Below, piece by piece: positions 12,608 through 24,735 of a DNA stretch of 64,000 nucleotides. The position numbers were made by a program, and so were the translations under genes. Numbering within the stretch: position 1 is the first letter of the stretch; every line of letters starts with the position of its first letter. Source of the stretch: Eimeria praecox (Eukaryota); the NCBI GenBank assembly GCA_963920595.1, contig OY986949.1, positions 5,022,001-5,086,000 of the forward strand. The letters run 5' to 3'. The notes beneath the pieces were generated by a model. The model was given only the letters and a program-made list of their open reading frames with translations. It was not told where the DNA came from and searched no databases.

Positions 12608-15019
12608 GCATAGAGAGGCTGCTGTTCATTTCCAGACATGCAGTTCACCGCCACGTACAAGAGGCTGAACAGAGGGATTACAGTAGAGAAAGCCTTTGTC
12701 ATACGGCCGCCTGTTTTAGCTAAACGGCACCGTTTTCAGTCGAAATGCAACGAAAGCATTTCCGTTTTAGGGGGTTGCCGTGCAGCTTGTCCCTCCTTTC
12801 AAGCGGCCAGCAGATTGTCAAGGGGGCATTCAGGTGCACAGAACAAGGACGTGTTCGTATGCAGCATGTGGCGTGTCATGTGTCGAAATCCATGAGTAGA
12901 AAAAAGAAGGAAATGCAGAAACGATGAATGCCGCAGTCTAGGGAAATATATCAGCGGCAGTAGTTGCTTACAGACTGTCTCCCCCTGCCCTCTCGCACCA
13001 CCACCAGGGCGAAGCGGCGTTTACTTGAAGCAGAGAGGGGGATTTAGAGAACATAGGTAGTGAGAAATTCAGAGTTAACAGTAAAAACGTTTCGTAGAGG
13101 TGGAGCTCCTGGCGTTTCCTTTTAAGATGTGCCGAGTCGCTGCTGCATTGGCTGCACACTGATCCAGAAGGAAATCTTGTGCTAATTTGCTTAGCGTTTG
13201 CAGTTAAAGGCCTTAGGGTCGTAAGGATTTGTGAAACCATAGACACTCAGGGTGTACTTGCTCGTCTAAGGGGATAATTTATTTACTAAGAAGAAAACGT
13301 CGACAACAGAGTGAATGGTGCAGGCGCAGGAGCTGAAGAACAGAGGGGCGAGGGCAACTTTCCATGATGAATGTCCCAGAGACTCTCTCGTCTGTAGCCT
13401 CTTACGTAAAATGCAGCCCTGTCTGGTTGTTTGTTGCTCCTGTCTGTAATGTATCTAAGCAATCCGAGGGGGTCCTGCACAAGTGATTAGTCAAAAAGTC
13501 GTAGATTTAGACGCATAGATAAAGCTCCACAAACGAGAGTTTGCGCTGCTTATACTCCTTTCAATACATATGATATTCTAGATGTGTCGGGCAAAGAAGT
13601 AGAAATTTAGTTTAAGAGTGAAGTCCTATCGTACAGAACTAATCAGTGGTGGTAACGCCTACCAAAGGGAAACAGGGATGTTCGTCCCAACACATTTTTG
13701 GTCTGAGTTTGCTCTTCTTCGCCCAGTGCAGTACTTGTAGTTTTTAGCTGCCCAGGGATGTACTAGTGGTTTGTTCTTCCATATCTTTGAAATTGACAAG
13801 GCATTCAGTATGCCCCAAACACAGAGTTCAGCAGTTCGCTCCACTAGAACCAATTAGTGGTTCGGGTTGCCAGCTAAAACAATTTGGCGGAAATGCACTT
13901 AAGGATCAAAAAATTCCTCTTCATCGCATTTAGTTGCAAGTTGATGGACCGCCCTTCCCTAATCACACGCGGGAATTCCGTCGTCGTTCCCCCGTGTAGC
14001 CTGTAGTTGGGAGCGGATCCTCCTTCCCATTTATGCATTCCAAAATAAAAAGTAAACTGCAAGCGCCCCGGAGTTCCTTTTAAAATGTAATATATCCCTT
14101 TGTTCTCTGATGCGCGATCGAGAATAGCCACTGTCTCCGATACGCTGGGACTTCCCCTCATCTGCACAGTTAGTAGGGCCCGCAAAAACTGTTTTCAAGT
14201 AGACAAGATATTGTTTGAGTCGCGCCGCAAGCGGCCTGAGCTGATGAGCCAGGCTCGTGCAGGCTCTGCTCGACCCACCGAGCTGAGCTGTGGCTGAAAG
14301 TGAGCCACCTTCGCACGTATGGAAACCTCGGATGAAACGCCATTAAGCAATTCATCTTCTCAATGAATAGTTACTTTACAACAAACGGGCTTGCTGCAGC
14401 TTCTGCTTAGTAGATTTCTGCATTTAGGTCTCCACCTGAATAAGCAAGGAGGGCAGACACAGCAGCGCCAAGGAGCCGGACCAGCCAGTGTCTGGAGAGC
14501 CTTGGAGTGACGATAGCGGCATTCAGCGGGCAGTTTCAGCAAACAACTCACAGAAGAAGAGTTAATGAGTTTTACATGTGTGTGAATCTGTTATAACGTG
14601 GTGAGGCTATGCAGTTTCCCCTCTGCACCTCCTGGGCGACGATACGCCTTGCATAGAGGGTCAGCCAGTATTTCACACCAAGTGGGGGATGCGGCTCTTG
14701 CACACTTATCAACTAACCCAAGCAGAAGAGCCCAAACATATGAGTGTTTAGCATATTTGTGTGCCGTTTGACTTAGAATTAAGGCAGCAAACGCAGCACC
14801 AAAACCGCTGGTCCTCCGCCGACAGCGGGGCCCGTCGACAGAGCTCAAAACCTTCACTGAAAAATCCCCCCTAGTTCTCCCTTCTTGTCTTCATGATCCA
14901 GCTTGAAGCAGAGTCCAGGCCTTGCCCTGCTTCTGCGGAGTCATAGTGTCCGCCTGAGCCTGCGAGCACTATTTTTGTGTGTCTCCTGGAGGCTTCCGGG
15001 AGGCGGAGGGCGATAAAGC

Positions 15020-18000
15020 ATGCTGTCGGACCTGGGTATAAACGCTTGTAATGCAGATCGTAGCGGTTCTGAAGATGGGGCATCTGAGTCATTTTCAGCC
15101 TATGCGTCCTCACCGCTGACGTTTCGCTCCTGCTGGGGTTTCTCGGCTGCCTCTCGCCAGGCAGCGGCTGTTGTTCCTGTCTTCAGCCGATCGGCGTTGA
15201 GATTTGAAACCCTACAGGACTACATGGTTGTCTACTGCCTGGGTTCCTGGTGTATCGTGCGGGGCCCTTCAGTCGGTGCAGAGGCGGAGCGGGACCGTGC
15301 ACTTCCCACAGGCTTTGTGCACTTGACGTCGGTTTCTGATCCCAAACTGAACAAGAGAGATGCCTCTCAGAGCCGAAACGCTACAACAGCGCTGCGTTCA
15401 GCACCTACGGGCTCACCTCCACAGGGGTGGTCATCTCCCACATACACAGAACGGGTTTTCCAGCGTCACTGTAACAAAGTCAACCTCCTGGCCTACTCTC
15501 ACGCACTAAATCTCTGTTTTTCTGGTGAGCTTGAACACATTCAGGAGCAGATCAGCCACTACACTTCTTTCAAGAGAGCCGTTGAAAGGCGAAAGCGCAA
15601 AGCACATCTACAGGAAGCACTCCGCACTGGAAGGACGGCCTTCCTCATGTTTTCTTGCAAATGCTTGAAGTTGGGGCAAAGGGTTCAGCGCTTACTGTTT
15701 CAGAACTGCGTTGTCTTCCTCAGCGGAGCAGCAGACAGCCAGCAAGGGAGCAGGACCCCTGCCTGTCTGCCGGCTTTGGTCGCCGCACACATTGGAGGAA
15801 GTAGCATTGGTGCAGCTTCCTTCTCGACACGACGTAATGGCTGCGCACTTCAGTCACAATGGAAGTTTGTTGTTTCTGCTTCTGTCCGACCCGCAGCATT
15901 CCCTTGCAGTGTACTTTCACGTTTCCCAGGTTGTCCAGCGGCAATTATCTGGCGATGCAAACTCCCAAAGTCCCGCTGAACTGCCGGTGCTGCAAGCCAC
16001 CCATGTGACGCCCTGTACCCGGTCGCTTTTGAACGGCCTGACTCTAGAGTCGATGGCGCGATCAGGGGGTCAGGGTAGCTTTAACCGAGGCCGCAGCAGA
16101 TGGAGGTGTGCTTCTGGTGTACCTGCGAACAATCTATATGAAGGAGAAGCACAATCTGGAAATCCCTCCAGACACAGCAGCGGGGAAGGTGCACTGATTC
16201 GCTTCGCGACTTTTGGCTTGGGCCACCTTCGCCTTTGGTGTGTCAACAGCGAGCGACCCTCTCAGCTCCCCTCTCACAAAAGTTTGTGCATATCTCGTCT
16301 AGGGGGAGACCGCAGCCAGACAGGGAGTCCGCCTGAAGCGACGGCCTGTTCCTTCCTGCCATCGGGTGATATAATCGCTGCTCTGGCCGATCGGCGTATT
16401 GTTGTATTTCGAGGGTTGGCCCCTCTCCGCTCCGTCTCAATGCCTTCTTGCAGCAGCAAGATTGTTCTGCTGCAGCCACTCCAGAAGAGCCTGCTGCTGC
16501 TGGTCGCGCAGGAGGGTCTTGTTCAGCTTCTGCCGCTCACCGCGTTGGCTTCAAAAAACAATGGAAGTGCGCCTCAAGCCATGTCAGCCACCTCAGGTAG
16601 TAGTAGTTCAGGTGTATGCACGCAGAACTCCCAAAGGGTTGGGCAGGTTGGGGCGGCACGACCCAACACTGCCACAGGCTCTACCGTCTCGCAGCGCTTC
16701 CCTTTGAAGCAGCAGACTGCTCAACGGAGGCAGCAAGGCGCCGGAATAGCCGCAACTCCAAGAACACTTGGGAGGCTTCGCTCCCCGGCACCTCGATCAC
16801 CTGCAGCAGCTGCACCCTTTGCTACGGGGTCAGTCCATGCACCAACACGGACGCCGCGGAGCACCTACGGGGATTCTGTAGGTAGGCCTTGGAGCTCATG
16901 CAATCGGCCTCTGTCGCTGTCTCGGTCATCAAGTGCCGCTGGGAGCCGAAGAGGCTTTGCTCGCGGCCTATCCAAGACCGCCACCCTTCACCGTTCTCCC
17001 TCCGCTGTCAGCCGCACAAGCACCCGCAGTAGCATTTGCAGAAACAGCCCACAGGGCGGCCAGCAGCAGAAATGTCTCTCCAAGAAACAGCAGTCCGGCA
17101 CTTCGCAACGCGCAGAGGCGGCTCTCTCTACGCTTCGTGAATTGCGGCCCAAAAGGTCTTTGACTACGCAGCAGGTGGCCGTTCGACATCTTCACAACAA
17201 ACGGGACAACGGGGGCTCCCTTTGGCTGCCACTTCACAGTTCCCAAGTTGTGGCGGCTTACTGGTGCGAACCCCTTCTCCTTCTGTCTACCCGCACCCAA
17301 ATCATGCTCCTTGACGCCTTACACCTTTCAGAGGAAGCCTCACTTGTCCTTCAAGACCGACCGCTTGGCAGCCTTGACGTCTCAGCTCTGCTGTCTCTCC
17401 CCGCCTCCTTCCTTCCTGCTGAAGCTTCCTTACCGCTTGCGCAGCCCAACCAAAATCCAGCGCAAGAGTTACAGCATCAACAAGTGCTCCAGCTGCCCCC
17501 GGAGAGCTCGTCTGTCGTCGTTACAGGAGGCCGCTGTTGCGTGGGAGGAGAACTCCGCCTCTGGGAGTTCCACTCCAACTCGCGGTCAAGTGAGGAAAGC
17601 CCTAAGTGTCACGCGCATGCACTGTTTCAAGCTACAACAAGTGCTCCTGCAGATACAGCCTAAACCTAGAATGCAGGTTTTGCTCAACTCTCTACGCAGC
17701 CACCCGCCTGTGCAAAGGCGTGTTGCAGGGCTACTCGGGGTCTCGCAGTTTAGTGGGTTGTTACACTTGCTGCAGCTCTTCCCTTCTACTTCAAGTCGCC
17801 CATTACGGCAGTCGCCGCTGCAGCAACAAAAGGAGAAGCTCAAGGACTGATTGCTGCCGGAACTGAGGAGGGAAACGTCGTCTTGCTGGCTCTGCAGCAA
17901 AACGCTCAAGGAGTGCTGGAGCCTCCGTTGGTGTCTTTAGATCGGCAAATAACTCCCCGTTAGCAGCACACCGACGCATGTGCTGAATAACAGCTAGAAA

Positions 18001-20137
18001 CATTGGCAGGTCACGCTTATGTTTGCTTAGGCCTCCAAGTAAGTAGACGCCGCGGGTGAAAAGTGCTTATGGTGCGCTTCCAGGTTGTATATCTGCTTTG
18101 GGGTTGGATGGTGGGAGAGGAATTATGGCTGTCGCGAGTACAGCGGGCCACGTCAGTTGTTTTCGGCTTATCTCTCTCCCTCATCAAGTGGGAGAAAGGG
18201 TGAATTCAGGTCCACTTGCTGCTGGAAGTTTGTTGGGTAGCCGGGGGCCTTGCGGCGAGGATTCATTACAAAATTCGAAAGCGGCCTCCTTTATCCTTGA
18301 AGTGGAACTCGTGGCAACTCTGCACGTGCCCTTCAACACGCCCCCCAAACTCCTTCAGTTTGGATATACCTCTCGCTATCGAGTATACCCCGAATAACCC
18401 TAGTTTTCCATTTATTTACGAGTCTGAGGATCCTCACAAGCATTGCCGCTGTTCTTTCAACTATTTGGCCAGGAAGCCATTTGCAGCGGGGCTAGACAAC
18501 CACGGGAAACGTTTTGGGTTTGTAAGTAGACAAACTTGCATTGCATGCACAGGGTTTGCTTGTGGGCTGAGGCGCAGGACCAGCTGCTTGTTACCGGCCC
18601 GAATGCGCCGCCAAGTGTTTTCTCCATTCCAGAAGGTCGTTTGCTCGTCAGCTCCTTGACAGAGGTGAGCTTTCGGAGCCTAGTAGCAAGCAGTTAAACT
18701 TGCCATGGGCCGACCTGGTGGAATTACTTTGCAAAGATGGACGCATATCATGACAACGTATCTCTTGTGCTTAGGATGCCAAGGCTCTTGACTCGTTTGC
18801 ACCCTTGTCGCTACCCGCGCCCCTCGTTATAGGACCTGAAGGAGCCTCGCGCTCTTCAGATGATGCTCTCCACGTGGTGCTGCATGAAACCTTTGCCAAA
18901 GGCAGTGTAAGCAGACACAGTGCCGAGAAATGCTGCATGCTTTGATCGTGCTGTGAGGATAGCCGACTGCTTCTGGATTGCCAGAAATAATAATTTGTAG
19001 GGCATGCAGCGGTTGCTAATGCTAATAGCAATCACAGCTCCACCTCACAAAGGCTGCTTTCCTCTGTAGCAAGGTTAAGGAACTGCAGACGGGGTCCTTT
19101 ATGCAATTACCGGAGGCCGTGCCTATCGGTATGCGTTGTTTGCGCAGAGAAGCCTGCGTGTGCTGCCTGCGCCAATGCTCCTGACGGCATGCATCGGGTC
19201 AAGCAAACTATGCCTAGCGTACGAAAGTGAACGCCGGATTCTGCTGGGGATGCAAGTGCCGTGCTCCATCTCAAAGCAGCAGCAGGCACCCCAAGAGCTG
19301 AGTCAGCTGACAGAAAACACAACCAGCGAGGGGGCGGAAAGCGTGAAGCCAGGTGGCCCTGCGTGCGCTGGTCAGCAAAAGCCTATTCAGACATCCAGGT
19401 TCCATAGAGGAGCCGGGCTTGCGAGTCTGTTTCGCGATCTTGGTCGGTTCCCAAGGTCTGGATCACGCATCTGTGCCCCTGCAGCAAACCCCTCAATGCA
19501 CTATCATTCCCAGCTAAGCTGGAACTCGGATGCACCTTCAGAAACACCCGAGGCGAAATGTTCGGAAGATTCTGTCATCCAGTTTGCCTCTGTGAAACTG
19601 CCACACGGTTCCCCTCCAACTGCACTCCTGTACTATACAGAGGTGGATCCGTATGATGTCCCTCCAGAGGCTAAAGCTAGACAGCGTGAGCCATCAGTCA
19701 ATTTCCTCTCCCTTGCAGCAGAGGGATACATTTTATCGTGGAGTTACAATGTTTCTCATTGCTCGACAGACGCAGCAGAACCCCTTAGCACAGCCTACAA
19801 CCCAGAATGCCCCATACCAACGTCTCACACCAACAATTCCAAGCGGGAATCCGAGCAGCCGATTCAACCCTGCTGCAGAGACGGAAAGGGAAACCTCTAC
19901 AGCACCAACGAAGCGCTGCTTCCAGAGTGTGTTCAAACCAGCAGCGCCATATCACTTCCCGATAAGAACTCAATTGACCAAGCGGGTTTCGCGTCAGGAA
20001 CCTGTTATAACTCACAGGTCCCGACTGGCACAGTTGGCGGCCATCCTAAAGAGGTGCAACACGCGGGAAGTGCAACGAGCCCCCTTCCACCGGCATCTGC
20101 AGCATCCTGTGACGATAGCACCCAGGAGCGTGCGTGA
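15020..20137 (+). CDS. Large WD40 protein, EML/EMAP-like (microtubule-associated or flagellar); 3' exon structure unresolved
   Basis: Exon 1 15020-15524 (G|GTGAGC) joins 15724 in phase 1. HELP-like LTFRSCWGFS...VVYCLG...RVFQRHCNKVNLLAY, then AAHFSHNGSLL...DPQHSLAVY and FATFGLGHLRLW. More WD-like pieces at 18056-18397 and 19136-20137; joins after about 17600 were not resolved. Confidence 0.55.
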
Positions 20138-20756
20138 GTCACCCAATTTCTCCTCGAAATTCCCTTATCGACTTCCCCCACTGCGTTGAGTACACCAAGG
20201 AACTAATACTTGGATTCAATCTGCATTTAAAATCTTCTGCCTTCTGCAATGTGAACAGATCAAGAGTGAACAACTACCTCCCATTCCCACAGGTATGATA
20301 AACGGTCACATTGACAGCGTTTCTTACTGCTCAACAAGCATAGAGCAAACCCATAGCACAACACATAATCCCTAGTGCCGCATATCAACATTTCACATTA
20401 TTAACTCCATAATTGGAACTTGATGAAAGCACTTTTGAAAAGAATGCCGAATGGGCCTACGATCTTCTCAGTGGCAGACGCTGAACATTTTTTTCCCCAC
20501 ATTGTTGTGTATCACACGATCCAGCAAGAAACACGCAACGACAATGAAGCTACCTACAAGCGCCAAGGCCAAGCACTATTTCAAGAAAAGCATAACCTGT
20601 CTGCCCTTAAAGATGCTTCTCATAGATTCCTTTATCGTGCAGCAGAGCATCAGAACTGTTTTGAAGTCGAAGTCATGCTTCCCGGTATGAAGGAATTGCA
20701 CGTTTGAAACAACTATTAGTGAAATATGCTTGTTATTAAATCTCTCAGCGCCAAAC

Positions 20757-20798
20757 ATTTAGTCAATAAGAACCTAGATTTAGTCAATAAGAACCTAG
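20757..20798. repeat. Perfect 21-bp tandem duplication
   Basis: atttagtcaataagaacctag x2. Confidence 0.9.
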
Positions 20799-21544
20799 AG
20801 GAGCAATGAGAGATATATGCGGCCAAGCTCCGCGCGCCATATTATTCTGGTGAAACATTGGCTTAGTACTAGGCTAAGTAAACATCATGCCGGTGATGAC
20901 GTAGAAGCATGCAGCTGCGAGTATCTTTTCGAAGTACTAATGCATATCGTGCCAAACATTCTCATTCAGGAGGAACAATTGAAAACGTACGGCGCGAATT
21001 CGCTACGAATACTTTGCTCTTTTCTGGGCGGCTTAATGACCCCACTTGGAGAATCCAACTTCCAGGTAACACATCCACCACGTCTCTACGCATGATTGAA
21101 ACTCGGGAAGATGCATTAAAGTTTGCAGATATCAGACAGAGCAATGGCACTAAAAGGAACAAGTAGCTCCAGCTGTGTGTCATCTGCCCAGGCAACCCCG
21201 CTACATGTCGACTTCGACTGCGTGTGCCGCTGAAATTCCGCATTTCATCGAATGCAGTCACTATCGACCAGAATTTTGCAAACGGTCATATATACGTCTC
21301 TATTCAGAGATGATATGCTTGGATGCGCTTAGAAACAGTTTAAGGACTTTTCTGGTTGCTAGTTTATTTAACTAATGCTGATACTGCCTGCCAAGTTAGC
21401 CACAGTGCTTCGACTTTTATGCACCGGATTGTGTTTTGAAACCATAAGAAATCGCATTTCTCATCAATCGATCCATGCCGGCTCGATGACAAAAAAAAAT
21501 TGTTCCACCGTTCAGGCAAGCGTGGAGCCAGCTACTTCGGTTGG

Positions 21545-23214
21545 CTACGCACTTTCCGAGGTACGGGATGCAGCGCAGCATAATGCCATTCGGCTTTCAT
21601 TCCGAGACATTTCGCCTGCGGTCATGTCGCTGTGCCACATCTCCGTTTTTGAGTTCAGTAGCCCTTTAAAAAACGAGTGATAATGTAGTTATAACGAAAT
21701 CAGACGTATGAGTATCCCCTACCGTTGATGCGTGCCGCATGGATACCTCCCTGGTAGAGTTCTTGCAGTGAGCAAAGGTGAGCTGCGGGCTCTCCGCACA
21801 TGTTAGAGTTCATTGCAAAGTCGTATCCACAAGAATCGCAGCCTGTACATTCCCCCGGTGGTCGTATGCCTTTGTGGTAGCGGATGCCTATTATCTCACC
21901 TAGCGAAACGAACTCGGAATCGGGTACACCAGTCAGCGCGGGCATGGTCATGGCAGATACTTCATGGTCCTGACGATGCGTTTAGACTTGTTAGGCAAGG
22001 TACCCAACGCGTGGCTGCACTTACAGGAAGTCCCCTTGTGTATACACGGAAGTCATCAATGTATCCCTGGACGGAAAGTGATGGAGCTTTCACAGGCAGT
22101 TTTAACGGTGGTAAATTTTACCTCGAAGCCGGGGTTCTCAATTGAAGCTCCAACCACTATGTCTTCAGTGTTTGGCACCACGTTGCCCCGAAGGAACTAT
22201 GGTTTGACAGTAGGGAGAGGCATGGGTGTGGGAGCTGCACGACTGTACTCACCACTTCGCTATCCTTCATGCCCTGGAATAGTTGAAGGAATTAGGAGAG
22301 CGTGCCAGCATGAGGGATGCCTTGTATAACCTTACATTTAAAAAGAGCTTCAGCCTGTTCTCAGTTGCAGTAACTGCAACGTGAGTCCAGCGTCTTAGGG
22401 GGAGACTTCCTGTTGAAGGCATGCCCTCAGAACCGCTATCATCAGTTGTAACGCGAACAGAGAGACGGCGGCTGTCGGGGTAGAGGAGGATGGAAGGTGT
22501 CTGGGACATCTCGCTCCTGTGTTCACATGAAGAAAGCTCTGTCAGCAAGTATACTTGAATTCGCCTTACCCCTTCGAAACAATGTTGCGGAAAAGTCCAT
22601 TTGAATCACTCAGTAAGTACATCCAAAAGGAGCTGCGGAAACAATGTGAACGTGTTTGCTTGTGTAAAAGATACGCATGTGATGGCTTACACCGTGAAAT
22701 CTGAGGACTCCAGCGATGGGCTGGACTTGATTTTACTGCTAGCTCCCTTAACAAAGGCAGCACTGGCGCCGCGACCTATTTAGTGTTCATGAACCAATGC
22801 TTAGCTTGAATATAGAGACAATCGTACCGTTGTGCGCTGGACCAGCCCTTGGAGTTCTATGCATATGGTTTCCATTTCCGCTTTGGTCCGCGGAGTAGAG
22901 GTGGTCGAATGTCAGCCATGCCCCAAGACCTTCCGGAACTGCGTTTCCAGATACGACTTGCTCAGTGCCCCCTGAGGGTTATTATTATGAGCAAGTGAAA
23001 GCAGATGGTCAGAAACAAATGAAAACATACCAAAGCAAAGGGAATTTGGGACGGAGAAGCAACTGTTGGTGTACTTCCCGGCAAAGTTTAAAGTGGTCTT
23101 GACCCCATTTACAGTGTCTTCCACAGGAGTGGCTTCGCCGATTGCAGACTCATCCGCCGCGGTTCCGGCGGTGTAGACGCAGCCGACAAGGAAAACGGGG
23201 GCAAGGAATTTCAT
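21545..23214 (-). CDS. Secreted LamG/concanavalin A-like lectin-fold protein with Cys-rich C-terminal module, 10 exons
   Basis: Exons 23214-23031, 22971-22828, 22775-22691, 22632-22570, 22516-22336, 22273-22253, 22196-22122, 22066-22025, 21969-21723, 21663-21545, all GT-AG and in phase. Signal peptide MKFLAPVFLVGCVYTAG; LamG motifs WLTFD..DQSGNGNH, FTVSFWMY, WTHVAVT..LKLFLNG, GYIDDFRVY; ends HLCSLQELYQGG...ALCC. Confidence 0.85.
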
Positions 23215-24735
23215 CGTCACGAGTATGCACTCTGAAGATGAAGCAAACTGGAGTCAAATTAATGTCAGCCTACGCGCGGCGAACTCTGCAAATATGAAAT
23301 TCGAGGTAACCCAGGGGCCTCACAACGGACTTCCCGGGGTGTATTGACGCCTCCTGGTTACAGCAGATCAAAGAGCTGCTCACTTTTACTCCCAACCATT
23401 TTTACCCTCATAAAAAAAATTGTTGAACTGAGCTATTGAATGAGTTGGCGTTTCAGATTTTTTGAGCAGATCTAGCTATGGAAGCTGATCATGCCTGGGA
23501 TATGAGTGACTGGCATAAAGCTTCCACGGTTTTCGACACAAAGGAAGCTCCACCAAGTGAAATGGGGTAGCATGAAGGGCAGCGTTGACCTGCAATTTCA
23601 ACTTACGCCTTTGCAGATGCTTGTGGAGAGTCTGTTTCCGCAAAACTCAGCAAGTCAGAAGCATACGCCATCAATGCAGAACCATCCTTGCAGCTTGCTT
23701 CATCATGATGCCCTACTCAGCTGTCTTCTGTGGGATCCACTGATAATACTTCAAATTTAGGAGATAGTATTACACCATTTTAGCAGAGGAATGCTTGACA
23801 AAAGTTCAACCCAAGTCCTCTTCGCAGTTACGTGGAGCAGCGGACGCTCCTCAGCGGACCACATCGAGACCCTAGCGTGAACACAGTAGACTTAGCACGT
23901 GTACATTAAAGATTTTTGTTATGGTTACCTAGAACCTGTACTTGGAAAAATTGGCTATTGCATTACTCCATACTTACGGGCCATCTACAGGCTCCTCCCT
24001 ACGCAAATGTACTGCCTCTATTTCTACTATGACCACACCCAGCTGCATGCCCACTTTCCAACAAAGTGAAAGGACGGATTCCTGTCATTTGTCCAAAATT
24101 TGATAGCACAAGTCACCTGTACCACCGAGGGCGCAATACTGCCTCGGAGTACCAATGGTACGGCTGCAGCCCTTTACTGCTAGGAAAGTACCACTGGTGG
24201 TCAACCAAGCAACGAGCAAGTCACTACCATAATGCAATAGAAGTGAGTAAGTCGGCATATGACGCTGCCGTGATTTTACTGATGTTGAGATGCCCAGCCA
24301 CGTCACATTCGAGGCGCATGAATGAATACGCTACCTACAAAGTGCATATAACCCCTGTACAACACCACACCAGAATTTGCTCTCTGCTAAATGGAGCATT
24401 CATGCATCTCCACACTGCACCACCTTGAGCGCGTGTAGCAGTTCTGCGTTTGAGCAGTTAGGTAATCCCTCGGCCTGGTGAATGGCTGGCACATAATAGG
24501 TATACATCTTACGTGGGCTAGCGTAAATTGAACGCGCCTTATAATCTATATAAAACCCATCTGGAGCAGCGCACACACGCCAACACCCGCTGATGGTGCA
24601 CGTCTTCTATGAGACAAGCATTGCAAGCATCTTCTTTAAACTGGCGGAGCATGGTGGTCCAGATGCATCCTAACGATGCCCCTGCAGCTCAAACCAATTG
24701 CAAAAACTGAATCCTCCTCTACCTGATGCACTTTG

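Noticed and set aside
20200..21500. Possible retrotransposon relic (also checked 1-1300, 12700-14900, 23300-24700, 28800-31300)
   Set aside because: No gag, RT, integrase or chromodomain motifs, LTRs or target-site duplications recognised.
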